The translations under genes and the position numbers were made by a program. A model generated the notes under the pieces. It was not told the origin of the DNA, did not search any database, and saw nothing but the letters and a program-made list of their open reading frames with translations. Source: Nemertoderma westbladi (Eukaryota > Animalia > Xenacoelomorpha). Taken from it: DNA of 64,000 nucleotides. Location of the stretch: the NCBI GenBank assembly GCA_032718475.1, contig JAUCBJ010009150.1, positions 62,001-126,000 on the forward strand, in the 5' to 3' direction. Below, one piece after another: positions 39,895 to 55,491 of this stretch (position 1 is the first letter of the stretch; the number at the start of each line of letters is the position of its first letter).

Positions 39895-42800
39895 CTGTAA
39901 GGGTCCGTAAGTCGTTCTCAACATTATTGTGGGAATCTGGGAAGCCCAAGTTCGCACGGCGTGGGTTCGTGGATGCCATAGCACGCGTCCCGACCTGGAG
40001 AAAACAATTAAGTGAAAATACAAATGAACAGTGACATGTTATTTAAAAATCTCATATAATTAAATATCAATTAAACATCAATAAACACAAACACATATTT
40101 AATAATAAACAAACACACCAACACTTATATAATGTAGGAATGAATAATTACCCGTTGTAACAATAATTGCAAGCCAGACGTCCCAACACTTTAATAAATA
40201 ATTCATTGCGAACGACTTGCTGGTAATGTTGTGAATAAACAGTAAATCTAAACTCTAAATAATCAATTGTAATTAAACTTTAAACCAAAGCGATTTTAAA
40301 TAAGAAACTTTGTTAAACGTAACTTATAATATATTCAGCTACTGAGGAGGCAGCGCTTATTATATATTGGTGTTGGTGTCTGTAATACAAAGCGAACAAA
40401 TGTCTGGCCATTGACCTTGTGTCTTTGTGTGAAGCCGCGCTATCCAATAATAAGACGGTATAACAATTATTGGTTGTTCAAGCAAAGGCAATGTATACGT
40501 TAATGTATAATAATATGTTGCTTGGCGTGGGTGGCTGAGGCCTTGGCCTTGGTTGGTTAGTTTCCAGGGTGATTGTTCTAGAATATTAAATTATTTACCT
40601 TGAGTGAACCAAACCAACCACCCACACAATGCTGAAGCACAGCGCATTGTATCCCAGCCGTCCAGCCCAGCCCGGCTGGCGCCTCCTACAATACAATGCA
40701 AGCAGCTCAGCTCAATATTGCTTGAAAATTCTCTTGTAAATATTTTCCAACTCAATAAATAATTACACTTGAAATGCACTATAGAGGGGTGGGGAGGTGT
40801 TAGCGATGTCGCCCGGTGATTCTGAGCGTTTTTGGTGATCATTTGCTTAAAATATATTTTTTATGCTCTATCTCGTGGTGTCGGTTAGAACGCGCGAAAA
40901 TGAAAATCGATGCTCATTTTTGAAAAAAATCGGAAGTTATTTCGGTAAATTGCGGCTAATTTTGGGAAGGGCTTTTGGAATGGCAATTTATTATTTAATA
41001 CAGTTGAATATTTGGCTGAATTGAAGTTCATTAACCCGGGTAATTAAATTGAAATAACAAGTTATTTTGCAAAATTATGGCTAATTTTGGGAAGGGCTTT
41101 TGGAATGGCATTGAAATTGAAATGAAAGGTGTTCTTAGGAGAATTTGAATTAATAACTAGTGCCCTACATAACAGCGCAGTGCACTTAATAACGAGTGCC
41201 CTACATAACGGCGCAGTGCACTTTATAACGGCGCAGTGCACTTCATAAAGGTGTAGTGCACTTCATAAAGGTATTAGTAGTGCACTTCATAACGATGCAG
41301 TGCACTTAATGTTATATGCTATATTTCATGTTATATGCTATAGTACATGCTCTGCGATATGCTATATGGTATGGTATATGCTATGCTATATGCGATATGC
41401 TATAAGCTATATGTTATATATTATGCTATAGTACATGCTATGCTATATGCTATGCTATATGCTATGCTATATGCTATGCTATTTGCTAGGCTATATGCTA
41501 TGCTATATGTTATAGGCTATGCTATAAGCTATATGTCATATGTTATATGTTATGCTATATGCAATGTCATGCTATATGTTATGGTATATGCCACGTTATG
41601 ATATATGCTATGCTATGCTATATGTCATATGCTATATGTTAAATGTTATGCTATATGCCATGTTATGTTATATGCTATAGTACATGCTAAGCTATATGCT
41701 CTATGCTATGCTATATGCTATATGCAATATATCATATGCTATGCTATGTTATGCTATATGCCATATGCTATGATACAACCTATGCTGTATGCAATATATC
41801 ATATGATATGCTATGTTATGCTATATGCTATGGTACATCCTATGCTATATGCTATGCTATGCTATGCTATGCTATATGCTATGCTATATGCTATGCTATA
41901 TGATATGATATATGCTATGCTATATGTTATATACTATATGTTATATGTTATGCTATATGCCACGTTATGCATGCTATGCTATGCTATGCTATGTTATGCT
42001 ATGCTATCATATGTTATGTTGTTCTATGCTATGCTATGCTATGCTATGCTATACTATGCTATGCTATGCTATGCTCTGCTATGCTATGCTATGCTATACT
42101 ATGCTATGCTATGCTATGCTATGCTGTGCTATGCTATGCTATGTTAAGCTATAATATGCTATGCTATGCTATGCTATGCTATGCTATGCTATGCTATGCT
42201 ATGTTAAGCTATGATATGCTATGTTATGCTATGCTATGTTTGTCAAAATGACATTTTGACATGTCATTTTGCCAAAATGTCATTTTCAAGTTGACATTTT
42301 GACATGTCATTTTGCCAAAATGTCATTTTCAAGTTGACATTTTGACATGTCATTTGCCAAAATGTCAATGTGTCAATATGTCACTTTCAAATTGACAGTT
42401 TGACATGTCATTTTGTCAAAATGTCACTTTCAAATTGACATTTTGACATGTCATTTTGTCAAATGTCATTTTCAAGTTGACATTTTGACATGTAATTTTG
42501 CCAAAATGTCACTTTCGAATTGACATTTTGACATGTCATTTTGCCAAAATGTCAATGTGTCAATATGTCACTTTCAAATTGACAGTTTGACATGTCATTT
42601 TGTCAAAATGTAACTTTCAAATTGACATTTTGACATGTCAATTTGCCAAAATGTCACTTTCGAATTGACATTTTGACATGTTATTTTGCCAAAATGTCAC
42701 ATTCGAATTGACATTTTGACATGTCATTTTGCCAAAAAGTCATTTTCAAGTTGACATTTTGACATGTCATTTGCCAAAATGTCAATGAGTCAATATGTCA

Positions 42801-45153
42801 CTTTCAAATTGACAGTTTGACATGTTTTTTTGTCAAAATGTCAATGTGTCAATGTGTCAATATGTCACTTTCAAATTGACAGTTTGACATGTCATTTTGT
42901 AAAATGTCACTTTCAAATTGACATTTTGACATGTCATTTTGCCAAAATGTCATTTTCAAGTTGACATTTTGACATGTCATTTGCCAAAATGTCAATGTGT
43001 CAATATGTCACATTCAAATTGACAGTTTGACATGTCATTTTGTAAAATGTCACTTTCAAATTGACATTTTGACATGTCATTTTGCCAAAATGTCATTTTC
43101 AAGTTGACATTTTGACATGTCATTTGCCAAAATGTCAATATGTCAATATGCCACTTTCAAATTGACAGTTTGACATGTCATTTTGTCAAAATGTAACTTT
43201 CAAATTGACATTTTGACATGTCAATTTGCCAAAATGTGACTTTCGAATTGACATTTTGACATGTTATTTTGCCAAAATGTCACATTCGAATTAACATTTT
43301 GACATGTCATTTTGCCAAAATGTCAATGAGTCAATATGTCACTTTCAAATTGACAGTTTGACATGTCATTTTGTCAAAATGTCAATGTGTCAATATGTCA
43401 CTTTCAAATTGACAGTTTGACATGTCATTTTGTCAAAATGTCACTTTCAAATTGACATTTTGACATGTCATTTTGCCAAATGTCATTTTCAAGTTGACAT
43501 TTTGACATGTAATTATGCCAAAATGTCACTTTCGAATTGACATTTTCACATGTCATTTTGCCAAAATGTCAATGTGTCAATATGTCACTTTCAAATTGAC
43601 AGTTTGACATGTCATTTTGTCAAAATGTCATTTTCAAATTGACATTTTGACATGTCATATTTTATGAGATTTAAGGTATTTTTTCTTGAAAAAGCGAACA
43701 TAACTTTTCTGAGTCCGTTTCTGTGACATTTAAAGAAAAGTTAACTTGTGATACTTCTTTTAGTGTTAAATTAACAGCAGATTCCAAATACAGTAACCGT
43801 TTTTACATATGATTTGTAGTTCTCGCGATATTTGGGTTCAAACACAACGTTTTTTGATATTTTACGAAATTTAAGGTATTTTTTCTTGAAAAAGCAAACA
43901 TAACTATTCCCAGTCCGTTTCTGTAACATTTAAAGAAAAGTTAACTTGTGATACTTCTTTTAGTGTTAAATTAAAAGCAGATTCCAAATACAGTAACCGT
44001 TTTTACATATGATTTGTAGTTCTCGCGATATTTGGGTTCAAACACAACGTTTTTTGATATTTTACGAAATTTAAGGTATTTTTTCTTGAAAAAGCAAACA
44101 TAACTATTCCCAGTCCGTTTCTGTAACATTTAGAGAAAAGTTAACTTGTGATACTTCTTTTAGTGTTAAATTAACAGCAGATTCCAAATACAGTAACCGT
44201 TTTTACATATGATTTGTAGTTCTCGCGATATTTGGGTTCAAACACAACGTTTTTTTATATTTTACGAAATTTAAGGTATTTTTTCTTGAAAAAGCAAACA
44301 TAACTATTCCCAGTCCGTTTCTGTAACATTTAGAGAAAAGTTAACTTGTGATACTTCTTTTAGTGTTAAATTAACAGCAGATTCCAAATACAGTAACCGT
44401 TTTTACATATGATTTGTAGTTCTCGCGATATTTGGGTTCAAACACAACGTTTTTTTATATTTTACGAAATTTAAGGTATTTTTTCTTGAAAAATCATACA
44501 TAACTATTCCCAGTCCGTTTCTGTAACATTTAGAGAAAAGTTAACTTGTGATACTTCTTTTAGTGTTAAATTAACCGCAGATTCCAAATACAGTAACCGT
44601 TTTTACTTAAATTGTAGATTTTGCAACAAAAATTAAAAAAAAATACGATTTGAGGGAATCACAACAAAACTTTTTAAGTTTAAAACAACCGGTTATGTTA
44701 AACATAACGGTAACGTATAACGGCATAACGGTACCAAAAATAACTTCATTTTAATAACAAAATAAACGGATAAACAGATGAGTAACCAGAACCCGGTAGC
44801 ACAAACATACAGATCAGTAACAGCAGTATCAACACCAGATTAGCACAAGACTTAATAAGTAAAATGAAAGCCGACTTCCACCACTGGGTACGAACCTATT
44901 GCTTAACGAAATGTCCCTATTTATAATCGAATATGGTGCGAGCCACAAAGTCTGTGAGCCATAGCATATAGTTGAATGTAGAGCATGCATGGGCCATTGT
45001 CAGTCCGTTGAATTGAGATTTAGAGGGAAAATCATATCATTAGCCAAAATGGAGCCTTCGCAAAACGTTTATCTAATGAACAATGTCTATTATTTGGCCT
45101 AGCTAGTACAACTGTATGCCACCGTTCACGGACCCCGCCAACCCACCGAGTCC

Positions 45154-45306
45154 CTACAGATCTCCCTTGGGTTCCTCTTGGCCCTCGAAGTATCGTATCT
45201 TATCCTTGGGATTGGGGATTATGGTAGCGCTGCCCGGCTTCCAGTCGATCGGACAGACGTCCCCGTGCTGGTCCGTGTACTGGAAGGCCTGCACGAGACG
45301 CAGGGT
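45154..45306 (-). pseudogene. Peroxiredoxin C-terminal exon fragment, copy 8
   Basis: Identical translation. Confidence 0.9.
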
Positions 45307-48300
45307 CTGTAAGGGTCCGTAAGTCGTTCTCAACATTATTGTGGGAATCTGGGAAGCCCAAGTTCGCACGGCGTGGGTTCGTGGATGCCATAGCACGCGT
45401 CCCGACCTGGAGAAAACAATTAAGTGAAAATACAAATGAACAGTGACATGTTATTTAAAAATCTCATATAATTAAATATCAATTAAACATCAATAAACAC
45501 AAACACATATTTAATAATAAACAAACACACCAACACTTATATAATGTAGGAATGAATAATTACCCGTTGTAACAATAATTGCAAGCCAGACGTCCCAACA
45601 CTTTAATAAATAATTCATTGCGAACGACTTGCTGGTAATGTTGTGAATAAACTGTAAATCTAAACTCTAAATAATCAATTGTAATTAAACTTTAAACCAG
45701 AGCGATTTTAAATAAGAAACTTTGTTAAACGTAACTTATAATATATTCAGCTACTGAGGAGGCAGCGCTTATTATATATTGGTGTTGGTGTCTGTAATAC
45801 AAAACGAACAAATGTCTGGCCATTGACCTTGTGTCTTTGTGTGAAGCCGCGCTATCCAATAATAAGACGGTATAACAATTATTGGTTGTTCAAGCAAAGG
45901 CAATGTATACGTTAATGTATAATAATATGTTGCTTGGCGTGGGTGGCTGAGGCCTTGGCCTTGGTTGGTTAGTTTCCAGGGTGATTGTTCTAGAATATTA
46001 AATTATTTACCTTGAGTGAACCAAACCAACCACCCACACAATGCTGAAGCACAGCGCATTGTATCCCAGCCGTCCAGCCCAGCCCGGCTGGCGCCTCCTA
46101 CAATACAATGCAAGCAGCTCAGCTCAATATTGCTTGAAAATTCTCTTGTAAATATTTTCCAACTCAATAAATAATTACACTTGAAATGCACTATAGAGGG
46201 GTGGTGAGGTGTTAGCGATGTCGCCCGGTGATTCTGAGCGTTTTTGGTGATCATTTGCTTAAAATATATTTTTTATGCTCTATCTCGTGGTGTCGGTTAG
46301 AACGCGCGAAAATGAAAATCGATGCTCATTTTTGAAAAAAATCGGAAGTTATTTCGGTAAATTGCGGCTAATTTTGGGAAGGGCTTTTGGAATGGCAATT
46401 TATTATTTAATACAGTTGAATATTTGGCTGAATTGAAGTTCATTAACCCGGGTAATTAAATTGAAATAACAAGTTATTTCGCAAAATTATGGCTAATTTT
46501 GGGAAGGGCTTTTGGAATGGCAATTTATTATTTAATACAGTTGAATATTTGGCTGAATTGAAGTTCATTAACCCGGGTAATTAAATTGAAATAACAAGTT
46601 ATTTTGCAAAATTATGGCTAATTTTGGGAAGGGCTTTTGGAATGGCATTGAAATTGAAATGAAAGGTGTTCTTAGGAGAATTTGAATTAATAACTAGTGC
46701 CCTACATAACAGCGCAGTGCACTTAATAACGAGTGCCCTACATAACGGCGCAGTGCACTTTATAACGGCGCAGTGCACTTCATAAAGGTGTAGTGCACTT
46801 CATAAAGGTATTAGTAGTGCACTTCATAACGATGCAGTGCACTTAATGTTATATGCTATATTTCATGTTATATGCTATAGTACATGCTCTGCGATATACT
46901 ATATGGTATGGTATATGCTATGCTATATGCGATATGCTATAAGCTATATGTTATATATTATGCTATAGTACATGCTATGCTATATGCTATGCTATATGCT
47001 ATGCTATATGCTATGCTATATGCTATGCTATATGCTATGCTATATGCTATGCTATTTGCTAGGCTATATGCTATGCTATATGTTATAGGCTATGCTATAT
47101 GCTATATGTCATATGTTACATGTTATGCTATATGCAATGTCATGCTATATGTTATGGTATATGCCACGTTATGATATATGCTATGCTATGCTATATGTCA
47201 TATGCTATATGTTAAATGTTATGCTATATGCCATGTTATGTTATATGCTATAGTACATGCTAAGCTATATGCTCTATGCTATGCTATATGCTATATGCAA
47301 TATATCATATGCTATGCTATGTTATGCTATATGCCATATGCTATGATACAACCTATGCTGTATGCAATATATCATATGATATGCTATGTTATGCTATATG
47401 CTATGGTACATCCTATGCTATATGCTATGCTATGCTATGCTATGCTATATGCTATGCTATATGCTATGCTATATGCTGTGCTATATGATATGATATATGC
47501 TATGCTATATGTTATATACTATATGTTATATGTTATGCTATATGCCACGTTATGCATGCTATGCTATGCTATGCTATGTTATGCTATGCTATCATATGTT
47601 ATGTTGTTCTATGCTATGCTATGCTATGCTATGCTATGCTATACTATGCTATGCTATGCTCTGCTATGCTATGCTATGCTATGCTATGCTATGCTATACT
47701 ATGCTATGCTATGCTATGCTATGCTGTGCTATGCTATGCTATGTTAAGCTATATGCTATGCTATGCTATGCTATGCTATGCTATGCTATGCTATGCTATG
47801 CTATGCTATGCTATGCTATGTTAAGCTATGATATGCTATGTTATGCTATGCTATGTTTGTCAAAATGACATTTTGACATGTCATTTTGCCAAAATGTCAT
47901 TTTCAAGTTGACATTTTGACATGTCATTTTGCCAAAATGTCATTTTCAAGTTGACATTTTGACATGTCATTTGCCAAAATGTCAATGTGTCAATATGTCA
48001 CTTTCAAATTGACAGTTTGACATGTCATTTTGTCAAAATGTCACTTTCAAATTGACATTTTGACATGTCATTTTGTCAAATGTCATTTTCAAGTTGACAT
48101 TTTGACATGTAATTTTGCCAAAATGTCACTTTCGAATTGACATTTTGACATGTCATTTTGCCAAAATGTCAATGTGTCAATATGTCACTTTCAAATTGAC
48201 AGTTTGACATGTCATTTTGTCAAAATGTAACTTTCAAATTGACATTTTGACATGTCAATTTGCCAAAATGTCACTTTCGAATTGACATTTTGACATGTTA

Positions 48301-50562
48301 TTTTGCCAAAATGTCACATTCGAATTGACATTTTGACATGTCATTTTGCCAAAAAGTCATTTTCAAGTTGACATTTTGACATGTCATTTGCCAAAATGTC
48401 AATGAGTCAATATGTCACTTTCAAATTGACAGTTTGACATGTTTTTTTATCAAAATGTCAATGTGTCAATATGTCACTTTCAAATTGACAGTTTGACATG
48501 TCATTTTGTAAAATGTCACTTTCAAATTGACATTTTGACATGTCATTTTGCCAAAATGTCATTTTCAAGTTGACATTTTGACATGTCATTTGCCAAAATG
48601 TCAATGTGTCAATATGTCACATTCAAATTGACAGTTTGACATGTCATTTTGTAAAATGTCACTTTCAAATTGACATTTTGACATGTCATTTTGCCAAAAT
48701 GTCATTTTCAAGTTGACATTTTGACATGTCATTTGCCAAAATGTCAATATGTCAATATGCCACTTTCAAATTGACAGTTTGACATGTCATTTTGTCAAAA
48801 TGTAACTTTCAAATTGACATTTTGACATGTCAATTTGCCAAAATGTCACTTTCGAATTGACATTTTGACATGTTATTTTGCCAAAATGTCACATTCGAAT
48901 TGACATTTTGACATGTCATTTTGCCAAAATGTCAATGAGTCAATATGTCACTTTCAAATTGACAGTTTGACATGTCATTTTGTCAAAATGTCAATGTGTC
49001 AATATGTCACTTTCAAATTGACAGTTTGACATGTCATTTTGTCAAAATGTCACTTTCAAATTGACATTTTGACATGTCATTTTGCCAAATGTCATTTTCA
49101 AGTTGACATTTTGACATGTAATTATGCCAAAATGTCACTTTCGAATTGACATTTTCACATGTCATTTTGCCAAAATGTCAATGTGTCAATATGTCACTTT
49201 CAAATTGACAGTTTGACATGTCATTTTGTCAAAATGTCATTTTCAAATTGACATTTTGACATGTCATATTTTATGAGATTTAAGGTATTTTTTCTTGAAA
49301 AAGCGAACATAACTTTTCTGAGTCCGTTTCTGTGACATTTAAAGAAAAGTTAACTTGTGATACTTCTTTTAGTGTTAAATTAACAGCAGATTCCAAATAC
49401 AGTAACCGTTTTTACATATGATTTGTAGTTCTCGCGATATTTGGGTTCAAACACAACGTTTTTTGATATTTTACGAAATTTAAGGTATTTTTTCTTGAAA
49501 AAGCAGACATAACTATTCCCAGTCCGTTTCTGTAACATTTAGAGAAAAGTTCACTTGTGATACTTCTTTTAGTGTTAAATTAACAGCAGATTCCAAATAC
49601 AGTAACCGTTTTTACATATGATTTGTAGTTCTCGCGATATTTGGGTTCAAACACGACGTTTTTTGATATTTTACGAAAATTAAGGTATTTTTTCTTGAAA
49701 AATCATACATAACTATTCCCAGTCCGTTTCTGTAACATTTAGAGAAAAGTTAACTTGTGATACTTCTTTTAGTGTTAAATTAACCGCAGATTCCAAATAC
49801 AGTAACCGTTTTTACATATGATTTGTAGTTCTCGCGATATTTGGGTTCAAACACAACGTTTTTTGATATTTTACGAAATTTAAGGTATTTTTTCTTGAAA
49901 AAGCAGACATAACTATTCCCAGTCCGTTTCTGTAACATTTAGAGAAAAGTTCACTTGTGATACTTCTTTTAGTGTTAAATTAACAGCAGATTCCAAATAC
50001 AGTAACCGTTTTTACTTAAATTGTAGATTTTGCAACAAAAATTAAAAAAAAATACGATTTGAGGGAATCACAACAAAACTTTTTAAGTTTAAAACAACCG
50101 GTTATGTTCAACATAACGGTAACGTATAACGGCATAACGGTACCAAAAATAACTTCATTTTAATAACAAAATAAACGGATAAACAGATGAGTAACCAGAA
50201 CCCGGTAGCACAAACATACAGATCAGTAACAGCAGTATCAACACCAGATTAGCACAAGACTTAATAAGTAAAATGAAAGCCGACTTCCACCACTGGGTAC
50301 GAACCTATTGCTTAACGAAATGTCCCTATTTATAATCGAATATGGTGCGAGCCACAAAGTCTGTGAGCCATAGCATATAGTTGAATGTAGAGCATGCATG
50401 GGCCATTGTCAGTCCGTTGAATTGAGATTTAGATGGAAAATCATATCATTAGCCAAAATGGAGCCTTCGCAAAACGTTTATCTAATGAACAATGTCTATT
50501 ATTTGGCCTAGCTAGTACAACTGTATGCCACCGTTCACGGACCCCGCCAACCCACCGAGTCC

Positions 50563-50715
50563 CTACAGATCTCCCTTGGGTTCCTCTTGGCCCTCGAAGT
50601 ATCGTATCTTATCCTTGGGATTGGGGATTATGGTAGCGCTGCCCGGCTTCCAGTCGATCGGACAGACGTCCCCGTGCTGGTCCGTGTACTGGAAGGCCTG
50701 CACGAGACGCAGGGT
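50563..50715 (-). pseudogene. Peroxiredoxin C-terminal exon fragment, copy 9
   Basis: Identical translation. Confidence 0.9.
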
Positions 50716-53700
50716 CTGTAAGGGTCCGTAAGTCGTTCTCAACATTATTGTGGGAATCTGGGAAGCCCAAGTTCGCACGGCGTGGGTTCGTGGATGCCAT
50801 AGCACGCGTCCCGACCTGGAGAAAACAATTAAGTGAAAATACAAATGAACAGTGACAAGTTATTTAAAAATCTCATATAATTAAATATCAATTAAACATC
50901 AATAAACACAAACACATATTTAATAATAAACAAACACACCAACACTTATATAATGTAGGAATGAATAATTACCCGTTGTAACAATAATTGCAAGCCAGAC
51001 GTCCCAACACTTTAATAAATAATTCATTGCGAACGACTTGCTGGTAATGTTGTGAATAAACAGTAAATCTAAACTCTAAATAATCAATTGTAATTAAACT
51101 TTAAACCAAAGCGATTTTAAATAAGAAACTTTGTTAAACGTAACTTATAATATATTCAGCTACTGAGGAAGCAGCGCTTATTATATATTGGTGTTGGTGT
51201 CTGTAATACAAAACGAACAAATGTCTGGCCATTGACCTTGTGTCTTTGTGTGAAGCCGCGCTATCCAATAATAAGACGGTATAACAATTATTGGTTGTTC
51301 AAGCAAAGGCAATGTATACGTTAATGTATAATAATATGTTGCTTGGCGTGGGTGGCTGAGGCCTTGGCCTTGGTTGGTTAGTTTCCAGGGTGATATGTTC
51401 TAGAATATTAAATTATTTACCTTGAGTGAACCAAACCAACCACCCACACAATGCTGAAGCACACTTGTATCCCAGCCGTCCAGCCCAGCCCGGCTGGCGC
51501 CTCCTACAATACAATGCAAGCAGCTCAGCTCAATATTGCTTGAAAATTCTCTTGTAAATATTTTCCAACTCAATAAATAATTACACTTGAAATGCACTAT
51601 AGAGGGGTGGTGAGGTGTTAGCGATGTCGCCCGGTGATTCTGAGCGTTTTTGGTGATCATTTGCTTAAAATATATTTTTTATGCTCTATCTCGTGGTGTC
51701 TGTTAGAACGCGCGAAAATGAAAATCGATGCTCATTTTTGAAAAAAATCGGAAGTTATTTCGATAAATTATGGCTAATTTTGGGAAGGGCTTTTGTGTTG
51801 GCAATTTATTATTTAATACAGTTGAATATTTGGCTGAATTGAAGTTCATTAACCCGGGTAATTAAATTGAAATAACAAGTTATTTTGCAAAATTATGGCT
51901 AATTTTGGGAAGGGCTTTTGGAATGGCATTGAAATTGAAATGAAAGGTGTTCTTAGGAGAATTTGAATTAATAACTAGTGCCCTACATAACAGCGCAGTG
52001 CACTTAATAACGAGTGCCCTACATAACGGCGCAGTGCACTTTATAACGGCGCAGTGCACTTCATAAAGGTGTAGTGCACTTCATAAAGGTGTTAGTAGTG
52101 CACTTCATAACGATGCAGTGCACTTAATGTTATATGCTATATTTCATGTTATATGCTATAGTACATGCTCTGCGATATGCTATATGGTATGGTATATGCT
52201 ATGCTATATGCGATATGCTATAAGCTATATGTTATATGTTATGCTATAGTACATGCTATGCTATATGCTATGCTATATGCTATGCTATATGCTATGCTAT
52301 ATGCTATGCTATATGCTATGCTATTTGCTAGGCTATATGCTATGCTATATGTTATAGGCTATGCTATATGCTATATGTCATATGTTATATGTTATGCTAT
52401 ATGCAATGTCATGCTATATGTTATGGTATATGCCACGTTATGATATATGCTATGCTATGCTATATGTCATATGCTATATGTTAAATGTTATGCTATATGC
52501 CATGTTATGTTATATGCTATAGTACATGCTAAGCTATATGCTCTATGCTATGCTATATGCTATATGCAATATATCATATGCTATGCTATGTTATGCTATA
52601 TGCCATATGCTATGATACATCCTATGCTATATGCAATATATCATATGATATGCTATGTTATGCTATATGCTATGGTACATCCTATGCTATATGCTATGCT
52701 ATGCTATATGCTATGCTATATGCTATGCTATATGATATGATATATGCTATGCTATATGTTATATACTATATGTTATATGTTATGCTATATGCCACGTTAT
52801 GCATGCTATGCTATGCTATGCTATGTTATGCTATGCTATCATATGTTATGTTGTTCTATGCTATGCTATGCTATGCTATGTTATGCTATGCTATGCTATG
52901 CTATGCTATGCTATGCTATGCTATGCTATGCTATGCTATGCTATGCTATGCTATGCTATGCTATGCTATGCTATGCTATGCTATGCTATGCTATGCTATG
53001 CTATGCTATGCTATGCTATGCTATGCTATGCTATGCTATGCTATGCTATGCTATGTTAAGCTATGATATGCTATGCTATGCTATCTATGCTATGCTATGC
53101 TATGCTATGTTAAGCTATGATATGCTATGTTATGCAATGCTATGTTTGTCAAAATGACATTTTGACATGTCATTTTGCCAAAATGTCACTTTCGAATTGA
53201 CATTTTGACATGTCATTTTGCCAAAATGTCAATGTGTCAATATGTTACTTTCAAATTTACAGTTTGACATGTCATTTTGTAAAATGTCACTTTCAAATTG
53301 ACATTTTGACATGTCATTTTGCCAAAATGTCATTTTCAAGTTGACATTTTGACATGTCATTTGCCAAAATGTCAATGTGTCAATATGTCACTTTCAAATT
53401 GACAGTTTGACATGTCATTTTGTCAAAATGTCACTTTCAAATTGACATTTTGACATGTCATTTTGCCAAATGTCATTTTCAAGTTGACATTTTGACATGT
53501 AATTTTGCCAAAATGTCACTTTCGAATTGACATTTTGACATGTCATTTTGCCAAAATGTCAATGTGTCAATATGTCACTTTCAAATTGACAGTTTGACAT
53601 GTCATTTTGTCAAAATGTCACTTTCAAATTGACATTTTGACATGTCAATTTGCCAAAATGTCACTTTCGAATTGACATTTTGACATGTTATTTTGTCAAA

Positions 53701-55338
53701 ATGTCACTTTCGAATTGACATTTTCACATGTCATTTTGCCAAAATGTCAATGAGTCAATATGTCACTTTCAAATTGACAGTTTGACATGTTATTTTGTCA
53801 AAATGTCAATGTGTCAATATGTCACTTTCAAATTGACAGTTTGACATGTCATTTTGTAAAATGTCACTTTCAAATTGACATTTTGACATGTCATTTTGCC
53901 AAAATGTCATTTTCAAGTTGACATTTTGACATGTCATTTGCCAAAATGTCAATGTGTCAATATGTCACATTCAAATTGACAGTTTGACATGTCATTTTGT
54001 AAAATGTCACTTTCAAATTGACATTTTGACATGTCATTTTGCCAAAATGTCATTTTCAAGTTGACATTTTGACATGTCATTTGCCAAAATGTCAATATGT
54101 CAATATGCCACTTTCAAATTGACAGTTTGACATGTCATTTTGTCAAAATGTCACTTTCAAATTGACAGTTTGACATGTCATTTTGTCAATGTCCTTTCAA
54201 ATTGACATTTTGACATGTCATTTTGCCAAATGTCATTTTCAAGTTGACATTTTGACATGTAATTTTGCCAAAATGTCACTTTCGAATTGACATTTTGACA
54301 TGTCATTTTGCCAAAATGTCAATGTGTCAATATGTCACTTTCAAATTGACAGTTGGACATGTCATTTTGTCAAAATGTCACTTTCAAATTGACATTTTGA
54401 CATGTCATTTTGTCAAATTGTCATTTTCAAATTGACATGTCATATTTTATGAGATTTAAGGTATTTTTTCTTGAAAAAGCGAACATAACTTTTCTGAGTC
54501 CGTTTCTGTGACATTTAAAGAAAAGTTAACTTGTGATACTTCTTTTAGTGTTAAATTAACCGCAGATTCCAAATACAGTAACCGTTTTTACATATGATTT
54601 GTAGTTCTCGCGATATTTGGGTTCAAACACAACGTTTTTTGATATTTTACGAAATTTAAGGTATTTTTTCTTGAAAAAGCAAACATAACTATTCCCAGTC
54701 CGTTTCTGTAACATTTAGAGAAAAGTTCACTTGTGATACTTCTTTTAGTGTTAAATTAACAGCAGATTCCAAATACAGTAACCGTTTTTACTTAAATTGT
54801 AGATTTTGCAACAAAAATTAAAAAAAAATACGATTTGAGGGAATCACAACAAAACTTTTTAAGTTTAAAACAACCGGTTATGTTAAACATAACGGTAACG
54901 TATAACGGCATAACGTTACCAAAAATAACTTCATTTTAATAACAAAATAAACGGATAAACAGATGAGTAACCAGAACCCGGTAGCACAAACATACAGATC
55001 AGTAACAGCAGTATCAACACCAGATTAGCACAAGACTTAATAAGTAAAATGAAAGCCGACTTCCACCACTGGGTACGAACCTATTGCTTAACGAAATGTC
55101 CTTATTTATAATCGAATATGGTGCGAGCCACAAAGTCTGTGAGCCATAGCATATAGTTGAATGTAGAGCATGCATGGGCCATTGTCAGTCCGTTGAATTG
55201 AGATTTAGAGGGAAAATCATATCATTAGCCAAAATGGAGCCTTCGCAAAACGTTTATCTAATGAACAATGTCTATTATTTGGCCTAGCTAGTACAACTGT
55301 ATGCCACCGTTCACGGACCCCGCCAACCCACCGAGTCC

Positions 55339-55491
55339 CTACAGATCTCCCTTGGGTTCCTCTTGGCCCTCGAAGTATCGTATCTTATCCTTGGGATTGG
55401 GGATTATGGTAGCGCTGCCCGGCTTCCAGTCGATCGGACAGACGTCCCCGTGCTGGTCCGTGTACTGGAAGGCCTGCACGAGACGCAGGGT
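55339..55491 (-). pseudogene. Peroxiredoxin C-terminal exon fragment, copy 10
   Basis: Identical translation. Confidence 0.9.
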